Shown: one piece after another, positions 47,148 to 55,448 of the stretch
How positions within the stretch are numbered: position 1 is the stretch's first letter
Layout of the letters: each line of letters opens with the position of its first letter
DNA from: Nitrosopumilaceae archaeon
GTDB lineage: Archaea; Thermoproteota; Nitrososphaeria; Nitrososphaerales; Nitrosopumilaceae
Direction of reading: 5' to 3'
Length of the DNA stretch: 64,000 nucleotides
Assembly (NCBI GenBank): GCA_005798405.1
Contig: SYJQ01000006.1
Coordinates: forward strand, 43,486-107,485
Position numbers and translations under genes: made by a program
The notes under the pieces: model-generated
Seen by the model: only the letters and a program-made list of their open reading frames with translations
Databases searched by the model: none
Told to the model about the DNA's origin: nothing

Positions 47148-47252
47148 AACGAATTTTTTTTGTCTTTTGATCTTAATATAATTTACCTAAAAAATGAGAA
47201 TTATAACGGCGTTTCAGATTTTATAACACCGTTTAAGATTTTGATCGCTCTT

Positions 47253-47924
47253 TTAGGATAAGACAAAATTAGAATAATCAATTTTGAATATTTTTTCAGT
47301 ACTTTCTTCATGATTTAATGAACTAAGAATCAAATTATTGTTAATTCTCTTAAGATGATATTTTCCAGATTTTTTTGAATCAATAATATGTCTACCTCCT
47401 GGAGAAAGAATCCATTCATCATTATCATTTTTTCGTGCTATGGCAGTAATTATTACTGAAGAGCCATTTTCTCTCCCAATTGATGAAAGCAACATTAATG
47501 ATGCATTAATGAATCTCCCTGATTCTTTATCATCAAATATGTTGTAAAAACCATTAAAAGAATCGATAACAACCAAATTTTTTCCATTTGATATTCTTTT
47601 TGCTATTTCAGATATGATTTTTTTTAAATCTGCTTTACTTGGACGATAAATTATTACTTTATCATTTTTTTCAATCATTTCTGAAACAATATAACCACTA
47701 TAAAGTAAATCAAAATCTAAAAAAATTACTGGATTATTAACAGAATTAATTAACTCATTTAGAAATTCAGATTTAAGAAAAGGTTCAGAACATAAAATTA
47801 TATTCGGATTTTTACTTGAAAATTCATTTCTCAGATATATTAATTCATTATCTGAAATCTGTTCAGGATTTTTATCCAACACAACTTTAGTATCTAACAG
47901 ATATAATAATGAATTTGACTTCAA
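47253..47924 (-). CDS. RadA/RadB/KaiC-like RecA-fold protein with degenerate Walker A
   Basis: Walker-B-like NLVVIDSFNGFY, VIFLDFD, SSVIITAIARK and SPGGRHII follow the RadB layout. The P-loop position reads CSEPFLKSEF (glycines lost). Confidence 0.5.
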   Translation of the reverse strand: MKSNSLLYLLDTKVVLDKNPEQISDNELIYLRNEFSSKNPNIILCSEPFLKSEFLNELINSVNNPVIFLDFDLLYSGYIVSEMIEKNDKVIIYRPSKADLKKIISEIAKRISNGKNLVVIDSFNGFYNIFDDKESGRFINASLMLLSSIGRENGSSVIITAIARKNDNDEWILSPGGRHIIDSKKSGKYHLKRINNNLILSSLNHEESTEKIFKIDYSNFVLS

Positions 47925-49060
47925 AAGACATTTCAGAAGACTTTCCTAATTCTGGCAAAATTTATCTAAATAACGCGTCTGTTTCTTTAATGCCTTTACA
48001 AAGTATTGAAGCAATGAAAGATTTTCTAATTTCCTATAATTCACTAGGACCTGATTCAATAGATTCTGAGCCATTTGTTACTGAAAAATTACGAAATACT
48101 AGAAAAATTATAGCAGAAATTATCAATTGTCAACCAGAAGAAATTATCTTAACTCAAAGTACTACAGATGGAATAAACATAGTAGCAAATGGCCTCTCAT
48201 TTGAACAAAATTCCAATATTATCATTCGAGGTTTATCACATGAACATCATGCAAATTTGTATCCTTGGCTCAGATTACAAAATAAAACTAAAATTAAAAA
48301 TTTATCTATAGATAAAAATGGGTTTTTCAATTTTGATGAACTTAAAACACTTCTTGATAATAATACAAAACTAGTAGTCATTAGTCATGCCTTATACAAT
48401 ACTGGTTCAATATTACCCGTGGAAAAAATTGGAAATATGCTTGCAAATAACACCTCTTTTTTTATTGATAGTGCACAAACCGTTGGTTGTATAGGTAATT
48501 TTGATGTAAAAAAGTTAAAATGTAATTTTATGTCTTTTAACGGTTCTAAGTGGTTATGCGGACCTATGGGAACAGGATTATTTTATTGCAACAAAAAATC
48601 GCACGAATTACTAGAACCTATGACAATTGGAGGAGAATCTGCAATGATCTACAATAATACAAATCTGGCATTCAAAGATATTCCTGATAAATTTCAAACA
48701 GGATTTCGTAATTATGTTGGAATGGTAGGTTTAGAATCCTCAGCAAAATATCTTCTTAAATTTGGTATGGAAAACATTCGTAAAAAAAATCTTTACCTTT
48801 CAAATCTTTTAAGGGAAGAATTATCTAAAATAAAAAATGTTATTCTCTACGGATCAGAATTACCTCAAGAAAGAACTAGTATTGTTTCATTCAACATTGA
48901 TGGCCTTGATCCACAAACAATAGTAAAAAAATTAGAAAAGCAAAATATTGTATTGGCCGTTAGAGAGATTCTAGAACAAAAGATCATTCGAGCATCTCCA
49001 CATTTTTTTAATTCTGAATCTGAAATACTTCGAGTTATTGAAGCAATTAAAAATCTATAA
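47909..49060 (+). CDS. Class V aminotransferase / cysteine desulfurase-like PLP enzyme
   Basis: IYLNNASVS, HHANLYPW, and the PLP-lysine context SFNGSKWLCGPMGTG. Confidence 0.85.
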   Translation: MNLTSKDISEDFPNSGKIYLNNASVSLMPLQSIEAMKDFLISYNSLGPDSIDSEPFVTEKLRNTRKIIAEIINCQPEEIILTQSTTDGINIVANGLSFEQNSNIIIRGLSHEHHANLYPWLRLQNKTKIKNLSIDKNGFFNFDELKTLLDNNTKLVVISHALYNTGSILPVEKIGNMLANNTSFFIDSAQTVGCIGNFDVKKLKCNFMSFNGSKWLCGPMGTGLFYCNKKSHELLEPMTIGGESAMIYNNTNLAFKDIPDKFQTGFRNYVGMVGLESSAKYLLKFGMENIRKKNLYLSNLLREELSKIKNVILYGSELPQERTSIVSFNIDGLDPQTIVKKLEKQNIVLAVREILEQKIIRASPHFFNSESEILRVIEAIKNL

Positions 49061-49330
49061 ATTTTCTTGCTCTTCTATTACCATCATTGTTAGAGTTGAT
49101 TGTATTTTACCAATTTTTCTAACCTTGTTTGTGATAATTGTTCGTAATTTTTCAGCATCTTTAGATGATAATTTTAAGACTATGTCATATACTCCATAAA
49201 CTCCTTGAACCTCATAACTAACTTCTTCATTTGAAAGAATTCGTTTGATATCTGCTATTATTGCTTCATCAGATCCTAGATCAGAATTCAATAAAACATA
49301 TGCTGTAGGCACATTGCAGATTTTCATCAA
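49055..49330 (-). CDS. Stand-alone Lrp/AsnC ligand-binding (RAM) domain protein
   Basis: AYVLLNSDLGSDEAIIADIKRI..VQGVYGVYDIVLKL...KIQSTLTMMV is the RAM-domain pattern without an HTH. Confidence 0.7.
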   Translation of the reverse strand: MMKICNVPTAYVLLNSDLGSDEAIIADIKRILSNEEVSYEVQGVYGVYDIVLKLSSKDAEKLRTIITNKVRKIGKIQSTLTMMVIEEQENL

Positions 49331-49390
49331 ACAGTATTTAACCTTTCATAGATCTCAAAAACTGATTAATCCCCATTAGAATTCATTGAT

Positions 49391-50044
49391 GTGAAACCAA
49401 TAGATCTTACATTGACAATATCACAATCTATTCCTACTTTTCCTGGTTCACCTAAACCACAATTCATTGTTTGGTCTACATTAAAAGAAGATGGATACAA
49501 TCTTGAGTTGTTATTTCTAAGCTCTCATACTGGAACTCACCTCGATGCACCATATCATTTTGTAAAAAATGGAGCAAAAATACATCAAATACCTCTTGAT
49601 AGATTACTAGGAAATGGCATATTGATAAAAATAAAAAAAGGAAAAAATAAAGCGATTTCCAAGAATGATTTGATTTCATTTGAAAGAAAAAACGGGAATA
49701 TTCCAAAACATTCATCAGTATTTTTTCATACTGAATGGCAAAAAAATTTGAAAAGTGATTATTATTTTACTGATAATCCTGGTCTGTCTGAATCAGCAAC
49801 CAAATATCTTATATCAAAAGAGATCAATTTAGTTGGAATTGATTCACCTAGCATAGATTTGGGAAAAGATAAAACTTTTAGTGTTCATAAAATACTTGCA
49901 AAAAATAATATCTTAATCGTTGAAAATCTATCAAATTTGAATAAAATATCTTCTAAACAATTTGATTTTATAATTTTACCATTAAAACTTAAAGATGCAA
50001 CTGGTTCTCCAGTGAGAGCAATAGCTATTCAACGAACAAAATGA
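49391..50044 (+). CDS. Cyclase-family protein (kynurenine formamidase-like)
   Basis: HTGTHLDAPYHF motif and GIDSPSID. GTG start. Confidence 0.8.
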   Translation: MKPIDLTLTISQSIPTFPGSPKPQFIVWSTLKEDGYNLELLFLSSHTGTHLDAPYHFVKNGAKIHQIPLDRLLGNGILIKIKKGKNKAISKNDLISFERKNGNIPKHSSVFFHTEWQKNLKSDYYFTDNPGLSESATKYLISKEINLVGIDSPSIDLGKDKTFSVHKILAKNNILIVENLSNLNKISSKQFDFIILPLKLKDATGSPVRAIAIQRTK

Positions 50045-51087
50045 AATCTATTTTTTTTATAATTTTTTGATAATTTGCCAATTATTGGAATTTGATTTCC
50101 ACAAAAATTGCATTTGTTTTTATCATCAAGATTCCAATCTTCAATATCAAAACCATATCTCTTGATTACAATGTTTTTACATTCAGGACAATAAGTATGC
50201 TCTAGAGGATGACCTGGCACATTTCCAATATATGCATACTTTAATCCATTTTTTTTTGCAATTTCGTGATGCTTTTCAAGAGTTTTAACAGGCGTAGAAT
50301 CAAATTCCATCATTTTATAATCTGGATGAAAACGCAAGAAATGAATAGGCATCTCTGGACCAAATTGATCGTAAATAAATTTACATAATTTTTCTGCATA
50401 TTCTAAACTATCTCCAACTTGTGGAACAATAAGATCTGTTATCTCTACATGAATTTTTGTTTTATCACGAATTTCTATCAATGTATCAAAAATAGGTTGT
50501 GGATCAGGAACTCCAATGAATTTTCTTGTGAAATTAGGTTCTGCACTACCTTTGAAATCAACTGTTATAGAATCTAAAAATTCCCCCATCATTTTTACTG
50601 ATTCTGGAGTATCATACCCATTTGAGACAAATACGTTGTAAAGATTTTTTTGATGTGCTATTACTCCACAATCTCTTGCAAATTCAATGAATATTGATGG
50701 TTCATTGTACGTGTATGCAATTCCATCTGCTCCATTATCTAGTGCCGTTTGTACTACTTGTTCAGGAGTCATATCTGTACCTTCAACTTTTCTTCTTTGA
50801 CTAATATCATAATTCTGACAATATTTACAAAGCCAATTACATCCAGTTGTAGCAATAGAAAATACCTTAGATCCAGGATTGTAATGAATGACCGGTTTTT
50901 TTTCTATAGGATCAACATGCCCTGCTATCACTTTACCATAAACAAACAGGTCTAACTTTCCATTTTCGTTACCACGTACTCCACATAATCCAATCTGTCC
51001 ATCTGCCATCTCGCAATATCTTGCACAAGCGGTACAGCGAACTTTTTTGTTAGGTAACTTTTCATAAAGAATTGCCTCTTTATTCAT
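50029..51087 (-). CDS. Radical SAM enzyme, AmmeMemoRadiSam-system type
   Basis: CNWLCKYCQN (CxxxCxxC), an N-terminal CTACARYC...GLCGVRGN and DPIEKKP, and a C-terminal zinc ribbon (CPECKN...CNFCGN). Confidence 0.75.
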   Translation of the reverse strand: MNKEAILYEKLPNKKVRCTACARYCEMADGQIGLCGVRGNENGKLDLFVYGKVIAGHVDPIEKKPVIHYNPGSKVFSIATTGCNWLCKYCQNYDISQRRKVEGTDMTPEQVVQTALDNGADGIAYTYNEPSIFIEFARDCGVIAHQKNLYNVFVSNGYDTPESVKMMGEFLDSITVDFKGSAEPNFTRKFIGVPDPQPIFDTLIEIRDKTKIHVEITDLIVPQVGDSLEYAEKLCKFIYDQFGPEMPIHFLRFHPDYKMMEFDSTPVKTLEKHHEIAKKNGLKYAYIGNVPGHPLEHTYCPECKNIVIKRYGFDIEDWNLDDKNKCNFCGNQIPIIGKLSKNYKKNRFHFVR

Positions 51088-51149
51088 TTCAGTTAACTAG
51101 ACGTGTTTTACCCATATAAGGTACATCCATTTTTCGTAATCCTAAAAGT

Positions 51150-51668
51150 ATGGAAAATACAATACTTACCATGAGCAAACCTGGAAACATCTGGAGAAAA
51201 GTACATGGTAAAATTACTAAAAAGCCAACTAATTTTTCATGGTTAATCGAAAATAAACTTGCAGGTTCAGGAATACCTACAAGTTCTGATGAATTAGATT
51301 GGATTCTAAAACAAGGTGTTACATCAATTGTAACTATGACTGAAAATGCATTACCTAAAGAGTGGGTAAGTGATATTGGTTACTTACATGTACCTACACC
51401 AGATCTTACTGCTCCAGATATGGACAGAATAGATACCGCAGTTGATTTTATTCACAAAAAAATATCTGATGATGAAGCAGTAATGGTTCACTGTGCAGCT
51501 GGAATGGGAAGGGCAGGAACTATACTAGCTTGCTACTTTGTGAAATACCAAAAATATTCTGCAAAAGATGCAATCAAAAAAATTAGGAAAGAAAGACCAG
51601 GTTCAATTCAATCTGAAGTCCAAGAATTAGCTATTACCTTTTATGAAAAACACGTAGGAAATCAATAA
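51150..51668 (+). CDS. Dual-specificity protein phosphatase
   Basis: Active-site loop VHCAAGMGRAGT (HCx5R). Confidence 0.85.
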   Translation: MENTILTMSKPGNIWRKVHGKITKKPTNFSWLIENKLAGSGIPTSSDELDWILKQGVTSIVTMTENALPKEWVSDIGYLHVPTPDLTAPDMDRIDTAVDFIHKKISDDEAVMVHCAAGMGRAGTILACYFVKYQKYSAKDAIKKIRKERPGSIQSEVQELAITFYEKHVGNQ

Positions 51669-51669
51669 C

Positions 51670-51816
51670 TTAGATAAACTGAGATACTAGTTTTCCATCT
51701 ACAATCTTAATCTTTAATATTTTATTTTCTTGAAACACTAGCGTTATTCCCCCTTCAGAATCTGGATCTTCAACCTTTACCAATTCTATCATTTTAATTT
51801 GTTCAAATTTGTCCAT
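51670..51816 (-). CDS. 48-aa micro-ORF, paralogue B (MDKFEQIKMIELVKVEDPDSEGGITLVFQENKILKIKIVDGKLVSQFI)
   Basis: Hand translation. 19/30 identity to the neighbouring ORF over its core. Below the ORF-track cut-off. Confidence 0.45.
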   Translation of the reverse strand: MDKFEQIKMIELVKVEDPDSEGGITLVFQENKILKIKIVDGKLVSQFI

Positions 51817-51826
51817 ATGTTTTCAC

Positions 51827-51979
51827 TCACTCTGGAATTGATACTGCGTCGAGTTTTCCATCTACTACTTTAATGAACAAAAATCTATTGTCTTTGAAGA
51901 TAAATGTAATTCCTCCCTCTTTATCTGGTTCTTCAACTTCTAGTATTGGTTGTCCTAATAGACCATCATATTTTGCCAT
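51827..51979 (-). CDS. 50-aa micro-ORF, paralogue A (MAKYDGLLGQPILEVEEPDKEGGITFIFKDNRFLFIKVVDGKLDAVSIPE)
   Basis: Hand translation. Tandem to paralogue B with a 10-nt spacer. It lies 30 nt downstream of the 178-aa ORF on the same strand. Confidence 0.45.
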   Translation of the reverse strand: MAKYDGLLGQPILEVEEPDKEGGITFIFKDNRFLFIKVVDGKLDAVSIPE

Positions 51980-52009
51980 ATTGATTAACTCAAAAAGTTC
52001 CTTATATCC

Positions 52010-52546
52010 CTAATTGATCGTGATCTCAATTTCCTTAGAGTTGTTTTTAACATTACCTGGTTCTGTATAATCGTGTTTTTGCCAAGAAGCAAAGACCTCA
52101 GTTCCAATCTTATGTTTACCTTTTCCTAAATCTGATGCCTTGAAGACAATTTTTTCATTAAAATCAAATAATTCTTGTCTTACTTCTTCTTCAGATAATC
52201 GAATAAATGGCTCGAAATTTTTGGCAACTTGAACCCAAATTCTTCTGTCCTTGTGAGGATTCACCAACTTGGGATTTCTTGTCCAAAAAATTGCTGCCTT
52301 TCTATACGTATCAATAGTTTTTCCCATCTCTTTTTTTCTAAATCCACCAGAAATCAACTTAACACCGTATTTCAATTTAAAAGACACATCATTGTTGTTG
52401 TAGGCCTTTGTCCAATTTGCCTCATTGAACGCATCTCTTAGTCCCCCCTCCACTTTAAAACTGACATTGACTTCTATAGTGTCGTTTAACGCGTATTCGT
52501 CCTTGTTTTTTACTATTCCAATATCTGAAATCTTACTTTCTACCAT
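52010..52546 (-). CDS. Hypothetical 178-aa protein
   Basis: Long ORF with balanced composition. No family recognised. Confidence 0.6.
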   Translation of the reverse strand: MVESKISDIGIVKNKDEYALNDTIEVNVSFKVEGGLRDAFNEANWTKAYNNNDVSFKLKYGVKLISGGFRKKEMGKTIDTYRKAAIFWTRNPKLVNPHKDRRIWVQVAKNFEPFIRLSEEEVRQELFDFNEKIVFKASDLGKGKHKIGTEVFASWQKHDYTEPGNVKNNSKEIEITIN

Positions 52547-52597
52547 TCTAACCGCTCATAATGATTTATATCCACAATAAGTGCTTTTTCCGAATAC

Positions 52598-52876
52598 ATG
52601 AATGCTCAAGTAATCAGTTCAGAACCTAAGGAAATTAGCCTTTCTATAACGGAAACTGATATAGGAATTTTATACATAATTCAACATGAGCTTCTAAAGG
52701 AATCAAATATTGATTTTGCAGGCGTTATTGTAAAACATCCCCTCACCAATGAGTGTTGGATGAGAATCAATTCAAACACTAAACCCATGCAAGAAATCAA
52801 AAAAGCGACAGATTCCGCAATAAAAATGGCTAATGAGTTTAAACAATTATTTAATTCTAAAATTAAGGTAAATTAG
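52598..52876 (+). CDS. rpoL: DNA-directed RNA polymerase subunit L (Rpo11)
   Basis: About 90 aa. GILYIIQHELLKESNIDFAGVIVKHPL matches the Rpo11/RpoL core. Confidence 0.8.
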   Translation: MNAQVISSEPKEISLSITETDIGILYIIQHELLKESNIDFAGVIVKHPLTNECWMRINSNTKPMQEIKKATDSAIKMANEFKQLFNSKIKVN

Positions 52877-53188
52877 ATGAAATTTTGCCCCAATTGTGAG
52901 GTCAAATTAAAACAAGGTGATTCTGGTCTCCAATGCCCAAAATGTGATTATGTTGAGGGAAAAGAAACCAAACAAAAAAAGAAAACAATTCAAGAACATG
53001 AATCACAATTTAATGTATTATCTCAAAATGAAACAGTCGAAGCATTACCTACAATCAAAATTGAATGTGAAAAATGTGGTAACGATGAAGCAGTATGGTG
53101 GATGTTACAAACAAGAAGTGCAGATGAACCTACAACTCAATTTTATCGGTGTTCAAAATGTAGATACACTTGGCGTAACTACGCATAA
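52877..53188 (+). CDS. tfs: Transcription factor S (TFS / RNAP subunit M-like)
   Basis: N-terminal zinc ribbon (CPNC...CPKC) and C-terminal zinc ribbon (CEKCG...QTRSADEP...CSKC). Confidence 0.9.
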   Translation: MKFCPNCEVKLKQGDSGLQCPKCDYVEGKETKQKKKTIQEHESQFNVLSQNETVEALPTIKIECEKCGNDEAVWWMLQTRSADEPTTQFYRCSKCRYTWRNYA

Positions 53189-53223
53189 CGTTTAACTGGA
53201 ACATAAAACTCAAAAGAATTAGT

Positions 53224-53970
53224 TTGACTTTCGAAGCAAAAACAAGTGGCTCAGATGATCTGAAAGCTATCATTTCTGCCATATCTACACTTGTAGAAGA
53301 AGCTACTTTTGTTGCAACAGCGGAAGGAATTACTTTTAGAGGAATGGATCCTTCACATGTAGCTTTAATTGATATATCTTGGCCTAACTCTGCATTTGAA
53401 AAATATGAATGTGATAGTGATATAAAATTTGGAGTTAGGATAGATGAATTTTCTAAGCTTATCAAAAGAGCTGATAAAAAAGATAGTATAGAAATTAGCA
53501 TCTCTGAACAGAATATGTTGCTTGTAACAGTTGGTAAAAATAAAAAATATAAAATGCGTTTAATTGAAAGCTCTGCAACAGATACACCTCTACCAAAAAT
53601 TCCATATGATTCTAAAATTACTTTATCATCTTCTAGATTTGACAAAATTTTGGGTGATGTTCAAGTTGTATCTGACTATCTTACTATTCATACATCTGAC
53701 TCTAAAGCAGATTTTTCTGGTAAAGGCGATTCAGGTGAAGTTGTAATTGATCTTGAAAAAGACACCGACGAAATAGGTGAAATCTCTTCAAAAGAGGACA
53801 GTATTGGTACGTACAGCCTCGAATATCTTAATCCTGTAGTTAAAGCAGTAGGTACAACCGCAGGTCAAATCACATGCGAATTTTCTAGCGCAAAACCTCT
53901 AAGAATTGAATTCAAAGTAGCAAACATAGGCAGAATCCACTTCTATTTGGCTCCACGAGTAGAAAGTTAA
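53224..53970 (+). CDS. pcn: PCNA sliding clamp
   Basis: About 248 aa. LKAIISAISTLVEEATFVATAEGITFRGMDPSHVALIDI and C-terminal LRIEF...YLAPR. TTG start. Confidence 0.9.
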   Translation: MTFEAKTSGSDDLKAIISAISTLVEEATFVATAEGITFRGMDPSHVALIDISWPNSAFEKYECDSDIKFGVRIDEFSKLIKRADKKDSIEISISEQNMLLVTVGKNKKYKMRLIESSATDTPLPKIPYDSKITLSSSRFDKILGDVQVVSDYLTIHTSDSKADFSGKGDSGEVVIDLEKDTDEIGEISSKEDSIGTYSLEYLNPVVKAVGTTAGQITCEFSSAKPLRIEFKVANIGRIHFYLAPRVES

Positions 53971-54005
53971 AGCATTTAAAGATTAAATGATTCAGGTACT
54001 TTGAA

Positions 54006-55409
54006 TTGAGACTTGTTATAAAATATGGTGGAACATCAATTTCATCCGCTAAAGATATTCAAGGTATTGCAAACTATGTTAATTCACTATCAAAACATAA
54101 CGATATAGCGATAGTTTGTTCTGCAATTAGTGGCACTACTGATGATTTAATAGAAATATCTCAATCTATAAAAAAAGAAAACAAAGAGAAGGCTGAGCAA
54201 CTAGCATCAAAAATTATCAATAGACATAAACAACTTGCAAAACAAACAATCAAAAAATCCACAACTAGAAAAAAATTATTAGAAAAATTAGATACAGATT
54301 TTCAAGAACTTTTTGCATTAATTGAAGGCATGGTCCTATTAGGAGAAGTAACTCCTAGATCAATGGACTATTTGATTTCATTTGGTGAACGTCTTTCAAT
54401 AAAATTAATTTCTTTTGCAATTAGCGATATAGGTAAAAAATCAATACCTCTAACTGGTAAAGATGTTGGAATTGTTACTGATTCAAATTTTGGAGAATCT
54501 AAACCATTAATGGACACTACTAGACTAAGAGTTTCTAAAACTATTGATCTACAATTTTCTAAAAAAACAATTCCAGTGATAGGCGGATTTACAGGGGCAG
54601 ATCAACATGGACATGTGACTACATTTGGTAGAGGAGGTTCAGATTATACAGCAACAATTATTGGTTCTTGTATTAAGGCTGATGAAATCTGGTTGATGAG
54701 TGATGTAGATGGATTAATGACTGCAGATCCAAAAATTGTTAAAAATGCCAAATTACTCAAAGAAGTTTCTTACATAGAAGCAATTGAAATGGCATTATTT
54801 GGAGCTAAACAAATTCATCCACGAACATTTGAGCCATTATTAACAAAAAAAATTCCTATGAAGATAAGAAATTCTTTTAACGTAAAAAATGAGGGAACAT
54901 TAGTAACCGATTCTCCTTCAATATCTACTAAAAATACTGTAAAATGTGTAAGTAATATTCGTCATAATGGACTAATAGATATACGTGGAGGTAGTATGGT
55001 TGGTACGCCTGGAACTGCTGCAAAAATCTTTGCAACTCTGGCCAAAGCAGGCATTAATGTAATGATGATCTCTCAAAACCCATCTGAATCCAGTATTACT
55101 ATTGTAGTCAAAAACACAGATCTTGATAAAGCAGTTAACGTATTAGAAATGGAACTTTTAGGAAAAATAATCAAAAAACTTGAAGTAACTACTGATGTTG
55201 CAATAATTGCCCTAATAGGTTTAGGAATGCGTGGTACAGTAGGTGTTGCATCTAAAGTCTTTGGAGCAATAGAAAAAAACAAGATCAATGTTGCAATGAT
55301 TACTCAAGGTTCATCCGAACTAAATCTGGCATTTGTAGTCAAAGACTCTGATTCCAATGTAGCAGTTCAGGCTTTGCATAACGCATTTGAACTTGATAAA
55401 ATTAACTAA
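54006..55409 (+). CDS. lysC: Aspartate kinase
   Basis: KYGGTSI, FGRGGSDYTA, and two C-terminal ACT repeats. TTG start. Confidence 0.9.
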   Translation: MRLVIKYGGTSISSAKDIQGIANYVNSLSKHNDIAIVCSAISGTTDDLIEISQSIKKENKEKAEQLASKIINRHKQLAKQTIKKSTTRKKLLEKLDTDFQELFALIEGMVLLGEVTPRSMDYLISFGERLSIKLISFAISDIGKKSIPLTGKDVGIVTDSNFGESKPLMDTTRLRVSKTIDLQFSKKTIPVIGGFTGADQHGHVTTFGRGGSDYTATIIGSCIKADEIWLMSDVDGLMTADPKIVKNAKLLKEVSYIEAIEMALFGAKQIHPRTFEPLLTKKIPMKIRNSFNVKNEGTLVTDSPSISTKNTVKCVSNIRHNGLIDIRGGSMVGTPGTAAKIFATLAKAGINVMMISQNPSESSITIVVKNTDLDKAVNVLEMELLGKIIKKLEVTTDVAIIALIGLGMRGTVGVASKVFGAIEKNKINVAMITQGSSELNLAFVVKDSDSNVAVQALHNAFELDKIN

Positions 55410-55448
55410 AAATAAAATCATTTAAGGGAATAGTCTAAAAGAATTTCA

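Noticed and set aside
50029-51979. RiPP-like idea: the radical SAM enzyme plus the two tandem small peptides as precursors
   Set aside because: The peptides contain no Cys and no obvious core/leader architecture. A plus-strand phosphatase gene separates them from the radical SAM gene. The radical SAM looks like the AmmeMemoRadiSam type, not a peptide-modifying SPASM enzyme.
52917-53195. 92-aa alternative-frame ORF inside tfs
   Set aside because: It is Lys/Asn-rich frame-shifted shadow. The tfs frame carries two textbook zinc ribbons.
53130-53645. 171-aa minus-strand ORF opposite PCNA
   Set aside because: It is an antisense shadow of a confidently identified pcn gene. The same reasoning applies to other long antisense track ORFs, e.g. 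21556..21918 (thermosome), 27875..28270, 41101..41439, 41629..41946, 42547..42822, 10089..10463 and 10579..10941.
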